Shown here: one piece after another, positions 41,468-51,426 of the stretch
How the letters are laid out: each line of letters begins with the position of its first letter
Numbering within the stretch: position 1 is the stretch's first letter
Source: an uncultured Bacillota bacterium
GTDB lineage: Bacteria > Bacillota > DTU025 > MWDF01
Length of the DNA: 64,000 bases
Direction: 5' to 3'
Assembly: GCA_963823655.1 (NCBI GenBank)
Contig: CAWGMK010000013.1
Coordinates: 256,001-320,000 of the forward strand
Position numbers and translations under genes: made by a program
Notes under the pieces: generated by a model
What the model was told of the DNA's origin: nothing
The model's database searches: none
Seen by the model: the letters and a program-made list of their open reading frames with translations, nothing else

Positions 41468-42939
41468 ATGAGGCATCTAAAAAGCCAGAAGGGCATCGCT
41501 CTCCCTATGGTGTTGCTCATAATAATCGTTCTGATATTGCTGGGTTTCGCACTTTCGGTGTTCGGTTATTACGAGGCTACATCCGCCATAAGGGAAGAGC
41601 ACCTAGCAAAGGCATACTACTCTGCACGAGGCAGCGTGGCTGCCCTTGCCAAGTATTTGACTACAGTGCCGGCAGACGAGGCTGAGGAACAGGTAATCGC
41701 AAATTATGTGACTACGATCGCCACCGATGGCGTAAGCGCCGCGGGTACAATCGAAGGTGTGCCATATAATCTTGTTGTGACCCAGGCAAACGATTTCGGT
41801 TCTGATCCGCCGTTCGGAGTTCTGACATTGACTTCTACAGGGACTTCAGGACAAGTTCTCCAAGAGCGCGGTAATACAGATCGGTTATAACCTTACAGAG
41901 TATATGAACGACGGCCCATTCGGAATAGTCGACAGCGCTTTGTACTCCTTCAACGAGGCTACTTCCGGCGGGACATTGTCGGATTATAAAGCAAATGCCA
42001 ATGGCTTGGTCAAGACAGCACTTGGATCCAGCAGGCATGCAAGTGGACGTAATGGTTGATCCTTTTGATACCCATACTCCAACCCAGGGACTACCCGATG
42101 CCTAACGAACCCGAATTTCCTACTACATTGGAGAACAGGAACGAGTTCTTAGTTGACGACGATACCGCGCCTGACGGAAGTTTCGTCTCTACATCTGTGA
42201 TTACTATCAACCCCGCAGTAAATTACGATGGCAACAATGACAGGGCCGTAATAGTAGACGGGGCAGGCGTAATTACCACGATTGTTAATAAAGGGACTCC
42301 TACATATATCAAAGTAGCAGGCCTGAACATCACGAAACCTCTGCTTTTCGACGGTAACGCTCCAGTTTATCTATTGGTTGAGAATTTCCTGAACATCGGA
42401 GCCGACGTCGGCTGCTCAAGCAAATGCAAAGAGCATTGCTGGAGTCTATACACATGATGCAGAATGCTGGCTCGGTCGCGTGAACATAATATATACTGGA
42501 TCCGATCCAATAACAGTTTCGGGGAATATTCGTATCAGGGCGAATATCGTCTCTTTGCAGGGATCGATAAAGGCGATTGACATTTCAATCGGCGGCAACG
42601 TCATAATGAGCGGCCATATCATTTGCGGCGGCGACGAAATCAAGCTGCACGGCGTTTTCGAGGCTGATAAGACGATGATCTACGCTCCGCTGGCATTGGT
42701 AGAGGTTAAAGGCTCTGCCGCATCAAATGACGATGAATACCATATAACAGGGGCGATTGTCGCCAACCACTTCAATGCAACCGCCTATTTCAATATTGAG
42801 TACGCGGCAATTACACGCGCGTCATTGCCATTGTGGTTCGACGCCGAAGACAGCGGCGGGAACTTAGGGCGACGAAACGCAAATTGGTACCGGCGAGTAT
42901 TATCCCAGCAACTTCGCGTTCACACGTTGGTTGAAGTAG
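41468..42939 (+). CDS. Large PilX-like pilin with C-terminal beta-rich domain, ~5 frameshifts
   Basis: MRHLKSQKG|IALPMVL (no Glu+5, PilX-type) and AYYSARG. Fragments 42056-42457 and 42480- carry IYAP..GAIVAN. Likely true end is ...FTRWLK* at 42939. Confidence 0.65.
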
Positions 42940-42975
42940 CAAGTAATAGGCTATTTTGTGAAAATTCGAAGCAGC

Positions 42976-43004
42976 GGCCGGACAGAAATGTCCGGCCCTA
43001 TTTG
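42976..43004 (+). terminator. Probable terminator after the pilin cassette
   Basis: GGCCGGACA-GAAA-TGTCCGGCC followed by CTATTTG. Confidence 0.6.
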
Positions 43005-43065
43005 TTATAAAACCCGTTTTGTGTTAACTTATTTTTGTGATAATTCTTTTACGAAGGTTTTGCCA

Positions 43066-43752
43066 ATGCCTCTGATAAGCTCGATAGCAATAGACGGACC
43101 TGCTGGTTCAGGCAAAAGCACAATAGCGAAGATGCTTTCGGCGGCCACTGGCCTTCCCTATCTAAGCACGGGGGAGATGTACAGGGCCATTGCTTTATGC
43201 ACTCTAAGGGCCGGAGTCTCGCCTGATGATGCACTTGCTGTCCTTGATTGCGCAAAGAAGGCAATGATAGGCGCAAGGCCGGACGGCTCAGGCGGTTTCA
43301 GGATCTTCTGCGGCGAAGAGGACGTAACCCCGCTTCTGAGGTCTGCGGAAGTAAGCAGGCTTTCATCCCCCGTGGCGGTCCATGAAGCCGTTCGGAAGCT
43401 CATGGTAGAGCTTCAGAGGAATATCGCAATCGAGAACGATGTAATAATGGACGGCAGGGACATCGGCACCGTAGTGCTGAAGGAATCCCAGAATAAGATC
43501 TATCTTGACGCATCCGTCGAAGTACGGGCCCGAAGGCGCCTTCTTGACTACAAGGATAAGGACATCAGCTATGAAGAAGTCCTAAGGGATCTAAAGGAGC
43601 GCGACAGGCGCGACAGCACAAGGCTCGTCGATCCTTTAAGGCCTGCAGAAGACGCCCTGATTATCGACTCTTCAGATATGAGTCCGTCAGAGGTAATTGA
43701 AAGCATTTTGACATCATATAGGCTTTTCTACTGGGGGGAGACAACTTGCTGA
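43066..43752 (+). CDS. cmk: Cytidylate kinase
   Basis: IDGPAGSGKST, TGEMYRA, MDGRDIGTVV and RDRRD motifs. Confidence 0.97.
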   Translation: MPLISSIAIDGPAGSGKSTIAKMLSAATGLPYLSTGEMYRAIALCTLRAGVSPDDALAVLDCAKKAMIGARPDGSGGFRIFCGEEDVTPLLRSAEVSRLSSPVAVHEAVRKLMVELQRNIAIENDVIMDGRDIGTVVLKESQNKIYLDASVEVRARRRLLDYKDKDISYEEVLRDLKERDRRDSTRLVDPLRPAEDALIIDSSDMSPSEVIESILTSYRLFYWGETTC

Positions 43753-44378
43753 ATAGACCGCTAGCTTTGTTTATATGGCTATACATCAAGATATTCCACC
43801 GCTTCCGCTGCTACGGCCCGGAAAAGGTGCCGATGAGCGGACCTGTGATAGTAGTCGCCAACCATGCAAGCTTCATCGATCCGGGGCTTATCGCCTTCAA
43901 TGTAAAAAGACCGATGTTCTATATGGCAAAAGCCGAGCTATTCAAGAATCCGGTACTTGCGTTCCTTCTGAAGCTTGTCAACACTTATCCCGTTAAGAGG
44001 ACAGGCGCAGACAGGGCCGCGATGAACCATTCTATAAAGCTTTTAAATGAGGGCAAAGGGCTTTGCCTTTTCCCTGAGGGCACCCGTACACTAGACGGCA
44101 ATCTAGGTGAGTTCAAATCCGGTGCTGCGTACCTTGCCATGGTGACGGGCGCAACGATTGTTCCTGTTGCATTATCGGGCACTTATGAAGCTTACAAGAA
44201 GGGGACGAAGAAGATACATTTCGTTCCGTTTAAATCCGTATTCTCCGACCCGATTAAAGTAGAGAAGGTAGACACCCACGATATCGAGACGCTCAGGACG
44301 GGTTCCTTGGAGCTTACCGAGAGAGTCAAGGCGATAATTCAGGTGCTTCTAGACAAGCAGAAGGGGGGATTAGCATGA
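43746..44378 (+). CDS. plsC: 1-acyl-sn-glycerol-3-phosphate acyltransferase
   Basis: NHASFID, AKAELF and FPEGTR motifs. Confidence 0.93.
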   Translation: MLNRPLALFIWLYIKIFHRFRCYGPEKVPMSGPVIVVANHASFIDPGLIAFNVKRPMFYMAKAELFKNPVLAFLLKLVNTYPVKRTGADRAAMNHSIKLLNEGKGLCLFPEGTRTLDGNLGEFKSGAAYLAMVTGATIVPVALSGTYEAYKKGTKKIHFVPFKSVFSDPIKVEKVDTHDIETLRTGSLELTERVKAIIQVLLDKQKGGLA

Positions 44379-45022
44379 AGCTGTTCATCGACACGGCCAA
44401 TTTAGAGGAGATCCTCACTGTCGACAGTATGGGCATCATCTGCGGCGTAACTACTAACCCCACGCTTATAGCGCGCGAAGGCCATGACCCCGACACAATG
44501 GCAATGAAGATAGCCGAGTCGGTCAGTGGCCCCGTCAGCTATGAGGCCGTATCCTTCGATGCCGAGGGCATAGTCAGGGAGGGCCGGGCGATAGCTGCCA
44601 TGGCTCCCAATATGGTCGTCAAGGTCCCGCTCACAATAGAGGGCCTTAAGGCAATAAAGACCTTGTCGCAGTACGGCATCAGGACAAACGCCACCCTCAT
44701 TTTCAATGAGAACCAGGCATTGCTTGCGGCACGCGCAGGGGCCACATATGTAAGCCTTTTCATCGGCAGGCTTGTCGACAAGGGAGTCGACGCCATGGCC
44801 ATCGTACGCAATACCAGGAGCATATTAGATATGAACGACCTGGATGCGGAGATTATTGCCGCATCCATCAGAAATACGGAACAGGTGACGCAGTGCGCGC
44901 TTGCCGGCTCGCACATTGCCACTGTGCCCTACAAGATCCTTATGGAAATGGTCGAGCACCCCATGACTACGGCTGGCATAGAGAAGTTCATGGATGACTG
45001 GAAGAAGGTCTTCGGCAAGTAG
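44375..45022 (+). CDS. tal: Transaldolase (short Tal/Fsa family)
   Basis: DTAN, GVTTNPTL, VVKVP (Schiff-base Lys), TNATL, FIGR (Phe typical of transaldolases) and AASIR motifs. Confidence 0.88.
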   Translation: MKLFIDTANLEEILTVDSMGIICGVTTNPTLIAREGHDPDTMAMKIAESVSGPVSYEAVSFDAEGIVREGRAIAAMAPNMVVKVPLTIEGLKAIKTLSQYGIRTNATLIFNENQALLAARAGATYVSLFIGRLVDKGVDAMAIVRNTRSILDMNDLDAEIIAASIRNTEQVTQCALAGSHIATVPYKILMEMVEHPMTTAGIEKFMDDWKKVFGK

Positions 45023-47070
45023 TGGAGATCATTGTCGCAAAAACTGCAGGCTTCTGTGCCGGCGTCAGGCGGGCGGTCGACATCGCCCTCACTGCTTCTT
45101 CAAAAGCGCCTGATGAAGGCTGCAAAGACTGCGTTTCTATAGGGCCTCTGATCCACAATGAGGACATGGTACGCGAGCTTGAAAGCAAAGGCGTCCATGT
45201 GATAGCTGACATCGACGAAGTGTCAGGCAGGCCCTTGATCATCCCGTCGCACGGCACCAGCAAAATGGTATCTGTGCATGCAGAGGAACTTGGTTTGCGC
45301 ATAATCGACGCAACGTGCCCGCATGTCATAAAGCTCAAGCAGTTGGCAATTGAATGGGAACAGGCAGGCGGGGTCGCCGTAATTGCAGGCGATAAAGGGC
45401 ATCCGGAGCTCAAAGGGGTAGCCTCATATCTTAATGATCCGATAATCGGCAACGACACAGGCGAGCTAATGAAAGAGATGGCGGCCCTCCCGGGAAGGCG
45501 ATTCCTTTTGCTTTCGCAGACAACCGGAATTGCCGAAGATATGGATGCCATGTACGCCACCATGAAGGCGGCGGGAATTGATGTAGAATACTGCCGCACG
45601 GTCTGCCCTGCCACGCAGCAAAGACAAGCCGAGGTAAGGGCTCTGGCAAATGACACTGATGCTATGATAGTCCTCGGCGGCAGAAAGAGCGCAAACACCA
45701 ACAGGCTTGAGCAAATTGCGAAAAACTCAGGAAAACCTGTATATAGAGCGGCAAATCTGTCAGAATTGAATTTGGGCGAAATTAAGTCCGCAGGTTTTAG
45801 GAAACTTGGCATAACTGCAGGGGCATCGACCCCAAACAGCATTATCGAGGAGGTCGTCAGAGCAATGATTGAATCCGGCGCAGAGAAAGAGCTCACAATG
45901 GCAGAGCTGGAGAAGCTCTATCCCGAGAAAAAAGAAGAAGTCCAGGCAGCACCGAAGAAGAAGGATCTGCAGGTAGTAACGGGCAAGGTGACGCTTGTTA
46001 CGGAAGATGAGGTGCTGGCGGACGTGGGGCAGGGCTCGGATGTGCACATACCGAAGAACCAGCTCACCTTCTCAAAGGCTGTATCACCGCTGAAGATGTT
46101 CCAGCTGGGCGATCCCATTACCGTTGCAATAGAGGAGTATGATGCCACCAAGGACGTGCAGTACGCCTCCAAGCTGAAGGCAGATGCATTGACCGCATGG
46201 CAGAAGGCTCAGGACGCTTTCGAATCCGGCGAGGCCATAGAAGGCGTAATAGTCGAAGCCGTAAAAGGCGGAGTGGTAGTGGACATGGGTATTAGGGGCT
46301 TCATGCCCGCCTCCCAGATAGGGTCCAGGGTTGAGGACCTCAACACACTAATCGGCACCAAGGTCAAGGCAAAGGTCATAGAGCTGGAGGAATCAAGGAA
46401 GGGCGCAGTGCTATCCACCCGCGCGCTTGCCGAGTCGGAAAATGCCAAGCAAAGGCAGGAGAATATCGACAAGGTACAGGTAGATGCCATATTCGAAGGC
46501 ACCGTAAGGAAGCTTATGCCCTTTGGAGCATTCGTCAACCTGCTGCCCGGAATAGACGGCCTGCTGCACGTATCCGAACTCTCCTGGCAGAGGATCGGCA
46601 ACCCCTCCGAAGTGCTGAGCGAAGGCATGAAAGTTCAAGTGAAAGTAATCTCAGTGGATAGCGCCAGGGGGAAAATTTCGCTGAGCATGAAACAGTTGAG
46701 CGAGAGGCCTCGTTCTAAGACAGTGACGGCCGATTTGTCGGAAGGCGCTGTATATAAGGGAACAGTAGTGAAGCTGATGAACTTCGGCGCATTCGTGAAG
46801 ATGGAAAACGGCGCCGAGGGCCTCGTGCACGTCTCCCAGATCTCGGAGAAGAGGGTGCAGACCCCGGACGAGATCCTATCGGTAGGCCAGGAAGTCAAGG
46901 TGAAAGTCCTGTCAGTAAACGAGGAGAACGGACGTATCAGCTTATCGATAAAAGACGCTGAGCTCAAAGAGCAGAGGGACGAATTCGAAGGCTATATGAA
47001 ATCCGCCGAGGAAGACTTCCAGATTACGATAGCCGACAGGATAAGAATCAAAGGTGAACAGAAGCGTTAA
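45022..47070 (+). CDS. ispH: Bifunctional IspH (LytB) / 30S ribosomal protein S1 fusion
   Basis: GFCAGV, IHN, DATCP, GHPE, TVCPAT and GITAGASTP motifs followed by four S1 domains (FGAFV...GL.HVS). Confidence 0.95.
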   Translation: MEIIVAKTAGFCAGVRRAVDIALTASSKAPDEGCKDCVSIGPLIHNEDMVRELESKGVHVIADIDEVSGRPLIIPSHGTSKMVSVHAEELGLRIIDATCPHVIKLKQLAIEWEQAGGVAVIAGDKGHPELKGVASYLNDPIIGNDTGELMKEMAALPGRRFLLLSQTTGIAEDMDAMYATMKAAGIDVEYCRTVCPATQQRQAEVRALANDTDAMIVLGGRKSANTNRLEQIAKNSGKPVYRAANLSELNLGEIKSAGFRKLGITAGASTPNSIIEEVVRAMIESGAEKELTMAELEKLYPEKKEEVQAAPKKKDLQVVTGKVTLVTEDEVLADVGQGSDVHIPKNQLTFSKAVSPLKMFQLGDPITVAIEEYDATKDVQYASKLKADALTAWQKAQDAFESGEAIEGVIVEAVKGGVVVDMGIRGFMPASQIGSRVEDLNTLIGTKVKAKVIELEESRKGAVLSTRALAESENAKQRQENIDKVQVDAIFEGTVRKLMPFGAFVNLLPGIDGLLHVSELSWQRIGNPSEVLSEGMKVQVKVISVDSARGKISLSMKQLSERPRSKTVTADLSEGAVYKGTVVKLMNFGAFVKMENGAEGLVHVSQISEKRVQTPDEILSVGQEVKVKVLSVNEENGRISLSIKDAELKEQRDEFEGYMKSAEEDFQITIADRIRIKGEQKR

Positions 47071-47144
47071 TATTCTTTTATCAGCGAATATAGTATAATA
47101 TTTGTGTTTATTCGAATCTCTTAAGCATGAAAGGGGCATAACCT

Positions 47145-48048
47145 ATGGAGAAGAGCGTGAAGAAGTCCTATATCATTCTGGCAGCGATTGTTGCCGTCGT
47201 AGTCATCGCAGCTGCGGCATGGATCATTTTCAACAAGTCTACAGCGATAGCGATCGTCAACGGCGAGAGGATAACCAGGAAAGAGTTCCTCGATAAGATG
47301 GAGAGCCAGGCAGGCATGCAGATCCTCCAGGAGATGATCAATGCGAAGCTGGTAGCCCAGGAAGCTGCGAAGGCCGGCATCGAAGTGACCACCGAGAGGG
47401 TAGACGAAGAAATGGTGAAGATCAAGGAGAACCTCGGCGACCAGTACGATTACATGCTCAGCATGTATGGCATGACTGAAGACAGCCTGAGGAAGACCCT
47501 TGAGCAGAACCTGCTTGCTTACGAGATATCGACGAAGGATATCGTAGTCACGGATGAGCAGATTGCCACCGACTACACCGAGAATAAGGATATGTATCTC
47601 GAGCCGGCTCAGGTAAAGGCAAGCCACATACTAGTTCGTACGAAGGAAGAGGCCCAGGCTATCCTAGATGAGCTCAAGGGCGGCGCCGATTTCGTAGAGC
47701 TGGCGAAGTCCAAGTCCATAGACACAGGCACCGCTGAGGCGGGTGGCGACCTTGGTTTCTTCGGCAGCCGGTGAAATGACCGAGGTATTTGAAAATGCAG
47801 CCTTCGCGCTGGCAGTAGGGCAGCTTTCAGGCATTGTTGAGTCCGAGTACGGCTTCCACGTGATCTTGTGCACAGACAAGAAGGCCGAGTTCATGCCGAC
47901 GCTCGAAGAAGCCCGCGAAGCCGTTATCGAGAAGATAAAGGGCGAGCAGGCAAAGAACATCGACACGCTGCTTCTCGAGATCAAGGACAAGTCGACTGTG
48001 ACAGTAACCGACGAGAAATATAACAGCCTCGCGGTTTCTACCCAGTAG
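47145..48048 (+). CDS. PrsA/SurA-like parvulin peptidyl-prolyl isomerase (frameshift near 47765)
   Basis: N-terminal TM segment and ASHILV, GGDLG, FENAAF and YGFHVI motifs. Confidence 0.9.
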
Positions 48049-48064
48049 GAAATCTTGCCACTTC

Positions 48065-48105
48065 ACGGGGAAAGGCCTTCTTCGGGGGCTTTTCTCCGTT
48101 TTTTT
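48065..48105 (+). terminator. Rho-independent terminator
   Basis: ACGGGGAAAGGCC...GGCTTTTCTCCGT followed by a T-run. Confidence 0.85.
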
Positions 48106-48124
48106 CATTAGAAGGGGATATTGA

Positions 48125-49468
48125 GTGAGGAAGATTAAGGCAATAGTAAAGAGCATTTTAGCTGGCAGCCCTGCTGAAAAGGCCGGCCTTAAGGCCGGAG
48201 ACCTGATCGAGGGCGTGGACGGCTACGCCATGCTCGACATATTGGACTGGAGATATCTTACCTCGGATTACACTTTCGTGCTTCAAGTGCTGAGAAACGG
48301 CGAGGAATTGGAACTTGAGGTAGTCCGGCAGGAGATGTCGGAGCTGGGAGTCGAATTCGAAGATATCCTTTTCGATGGCATTAGGGAGTGCGCCAATAAG
48401 TGCATCTTCTGTTTTGTCGACCAGCTGCCGGGAGGAGTAAGGGATACTCTTTGTCTGAAAGACGATGATTACAGGCTCTCCTTTCTGCAAGGCAACTTCG
48501 TCACCTTGACCAACTGTTCGCAGCGGACGCTGGATCGCATCGTAGAATTCAGGATGTCGCCCTTGTATGTATCAGTGCATGCGACCGATCCTGAAGTCAG
48601 AAACAGGTTGCTTGGGAGAAAGACTACAAAGCCCATTATGGATGTACTGTCATACCTCGGAGAAAACGGCATAGAAGTCCACACACAGATTGTAGTCGTA
48701 CCGGGCGTCAACGATTCCGAAGTGCTAAGAAGAAGCCTTAATGACCTGGCAGGCCTGTTCCCTGTCGTCAAGTCCATAGGTGTAGTACCTGTCGGGCTTA
48801 CAAAGCACAGGTCCGATGCCGACGGTATAAGACCTGTTAGCCCAGATGAAGCTAGAATTACTTTAGAGATTATCGATGAGGCCCAGCGGCTTTTCCGGTC
48901 TTTGCACAAGACGAGGCTCGTTTGGGCTGCAGACGAGTATTATATCCGCGCAGGAAGGCCTTTCCCGGCCAGCGCGGAATATGAAGGCTATGTTCAATTG
49001 GAAAATGGTATCGGGCTTGCCCGGTCGCTATATGATGATATCGAAGCGTCGCTTGAAGGGCGGGAAATGGCCCTCGCGGCGGATATTTCAAGGGATCTGA
49101 TTATTACAGGCGCGGACGGAGCGATTGTGGTTCAGCCGATTTTCGACTCCTTCAGGAAGCAATACGGCTTCGGACCCAAGCTGCTGCCCGTTGAAAACGC
49201 CTATTTCGGTAGCTCGGTTACGGTAACAGGGTTGATAGTCGGACGTGATATCATAGATGCCGTCAAGTCGGCCGGCAGGCATGCCGGCAATACTCGCAAA
49301 GTTATCATCCCCGATATAATGCTCAGGCGCGGCGATGCCGTTCTTTTAGACGGCATGACCCCTGAGGAAGTCGGGGCGGCAATAGGAATTGAGACGGAAG
49401 TAGTAGGCACAGGCGCAGAAGGATTGCTCAAAGCAGCAGGACTGACGCCGAAAGGTGGAACAAAATGA
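48125..49468 (+). CDS. PDZ + radical SAM-like DUF512 protein
   Basis: GSPAEKAG PDZ, CANKCIFC, KDDDYRLSF and QLENGIG motifs; conserved position before der. Confidence 0.9.
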   Translation: MRKIKAIVKSILAGSPAEKAGLKAGDLIEGVDGYAMLDILDWRYLTSDYTFVLQVLRNGEELELEVVRQEMSELGVEFEDILFDGIRECANKCIFCFVDQLPGGVRDTLCLKDDDYRLSFLQGNFVTLTNCSQRTLDRIVEFRMSPLYVSVHATDPEVRNRLLGRKTTKPIMDVLSYLGENGIEVHTQIVVVPGVNDSEVLRRSLNDLAGLFPVVKSIGVVPVGLTKHRSDADGIRPVSPDEARITLEIIDEAQRLFRSLHKTRLVWAADEYYIRAGRPFPASAEYEGYVQLENGIGLARSLYDDIEASLEGREMALAADISRDLIITGADGAIVVQPIFDSFRKQYGFGPKLLPVENAYFGSSVTVTGLIVGRDIIDAVKSAGRHAGNTRKVIIPDIMLRRGDAVLLDGMTPEEVGAAIGIETEVVGTGAEGLLKAAGLTPKGGTK

Positions 49469-50793
49469 CAGCTAGACCAATCGTTGCAATCGTAGGAAGG
49501 CCGAATGTGGGCAAATCTGCCCTCTTCAACAGGATAATCAAGAGCAGGACTTCGATAGTGGAAAGCCAGCCAGGTGTGACCAGGGATAGGATTTACGCCG
49601 ATTCCGAGTGGGAGGGCACTGAATTCGTGCTCGTCGACACAGGCGGCATCACCATGAGCGATGTCGACCCTTTTAATGAGTTGGTCAGAGGGCAGGCGGA
49701 GATCGCGGTCGACCAGGCTACAGTCATCATATTCGTCCTGGATGCCAAGGCAGGGCTAATGGCAGAGGACGAGGAAGTAGCCAACATCATAAGAAAAAGC
49801 AGGAAGCCCTGCGTATTATGCATAAACAAGGTCGATGACCCGAGGCATATGGACTACTCTTTCTGGTCGCTCGGTTTAGGCGAGCCATTGCCAGTCACCG
49901 CAGCTCATGGGACCGGCGTGGCGGAGATGCTCGACGCCGTTGTCGAAGAGATAAAGAAACAGCGGCCGGAGGAACCCGCAGTCGAGGAGCCAGGGACCGA
50001 AAAGCCCATCAAAGTGGCGTTTGTAGGCAAACCGAACGTTGGCAAGTCCTCGATAGTGAACAAGTACCTCGGCTACGAGAGGAGCATCGTCAGCGAAATC
50101 CCCGGAACGACTCGCGACGCGATCGATACGGACATGACGATGAACGGCAAAGCCTTCACCTTCATAGATACTGCGGGCATCAGGCGCAAGCCCCGCATCG
50201 ATTCGGATGTGGAGTTCTATTCCGTCGTCAGGAGCATGTCGGCGATTGAAAGAAGCGATGTCGCGGTTATAGTCCTTGACGGTACGGATGATATCTCGGA
50301 GCAAGATGTGCGCATAGCGGGCTTCGCGCATGAGGCCGGCAAGGCGGTCGTCGTTGCCGTCAATAAGTGGGACGCCATGGAAAGGGAGGAAGGCTACTTC
50401 AAGGAGCTTACGGAGACGATCAAGGAGAAGCTCTCTTTCATGGATTACGCGAAGATCATCATGGTCTCGGCCAAGCTGGGCAGGCATTTAAACGAGCTGC
50501 TGGATGCGATCATTAAAGCTTACGATGCCAACAGGAGGCGCATAAGCACCGGCGAGATGAACAGGCTGCTTGAGGAAGCCGTGCTGAGGTTCCCGCCTCC
50601 GGGCGAAAAGGGCAGGCAGCCTAAGCTTTACTATATGTCGCAGGTCAGAGTCGAGCCTCCGACTTTCGTCATATTCACCAATTCTCCCGAGCTGGTCCAT
50701 TTCTCCTACTTAAGGTATCTGGAGAACCTTATCAGGGGAGCCTACGACTTCGCGGGTACGCCTATACTGCTTCACTTGAAGAAGAGGAGTTAA
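49465..50793 (+). CDS. der: Ribosome biogenesis GTPase Der/EngA
   Basis: Two G domains (GRPNVGKS and GKPNVGKSS) and a KH-like C-terminus. Confidence 0.99.
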   Translation: MTARPIVAIVGRPNVGKSALFNRIIKSRTSIVESQPGVTRDRIYADSEWEGTEFVLVDTGGITMSDVDPFNELVRGQAEIAVDQATVIIFVLDAKAGLMAEDEEVANIIRKSRKPCVLCINKVDDPRHMDYSFWSLGLGEPLPVTAAHGTGVAEMLDAVVEEIKKQRPEEPAVEEPGTEKPIKVAFVGKPNVGKSSIVNKYLGYERSIVSEIPGTTRDAIDTDMTMNGKAFTFIDTAGIRRKPRIDSDVEFYSVVRSMSAIERSDVAVIVLDGTDDISEQDVRIAGFAHEAGKAVVVAVNKWDAMEREEGYFKELTETIKEKLSFMDYAKIIMVSAKLGRHLNELLDAIIKAYDANRRRISTGEMNRLLEEAVLRFPPPGEKGRQPKLYYMSQVRVEPPTFVIFTNSPELVHFSYLRYLENLIRGAYDFAGTPILLHLKKRS

Positions 50794-50798
50794 CTTCC

Positions 50799-51410
50799 AT
50801 GGGTATCTTATCCGTAATCCTGGGATATGCGATAGGTGCTTTGCCTTTCGGAATAATACTGACAAAGCTGGTCATCGGAGTTGACATCAGGACAGTGGGC
50901 TCGGGGGCCACAGGCACTACGAACGTAACCAGAGCCCTTGGGATAGGTTATGGCGCGATAAACGCCGTCCTTGATATATCTAAAGGCATCGCCCCTGTGC
51001 TCATCGCCAGGGCCTTCGGGCTGCCTCTAATATGGCAGGTCGCATCGGCCCTCGCCGCGGTCATCGGGCACAACTGGCCCGTATATGCCAGCTTCAAGGG
51101 CGGAAAGGGCATAGCGACCAGCTTCGGAGCTCTTGTTGTGCTCGAACCAAGGTTTGCTTTTGTCGTTCCAGTTTTTGTTATAATTGTTCTTGTAACCAAG
51201 ATCAAATCTATTGCATCTATCACCTCAGCTGCGCTTATGGTAGTCCTGGCGCTCATACTCCGCGAACCTTGGGAGATTGTGGCGCTCACAGTTGCCATCA
51301 GCGCCCTTGCTCTGTACAGGCATAAGGACAACATCAAAAGGCTGATGAACGGCAAGGAGAATAAAGTATCTTACGGCCTGAAACCGGACAGATCGCTCAA
51401 GCAAAGATGA
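50799..51410 (+). CDS. plsY: Glycerol-3-phosphate acyltransferase PlsY
   Basis: GSGATGTTN, GHNWPV..FKGGKG and HKDNIKRL motifs. Confidence 0.96.
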   Translation: MGILSVILGYAIGALPFGIILTKLVIGVDIRTVGSGATGTTNVTRALGIGYGAINAVLDISKGIAPVLIARAFGLPLIWQVASALAAVIGHNWPVYASFKGGKGIATSFGALVVLEPRFAFVVPVFVIIVLVTKIKSIASITSAALMVVLALILREPWEIVALTVAISALALYRHKDNIKRLMNGKENKVSYGLKPDRSLKQR

Positions 51411-51426
51411 TTTAGGATGTGGAATC

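Noticed and set aside
43000-43029. cer-like site ATTTGTTATAA-AACCCGTT-TTGTGTTAACT at the end of the pilin cassette
   Set aside because: It has an 8-bp centre and a mismatch in the conserved TTAT, overlaps an AT-rich promoter region, and I saw no partner site at the other end. Too weak to call.
45022-47070. IspH-S1 fusion as a novelty
   Set aside because: Already well known in Clostridia.
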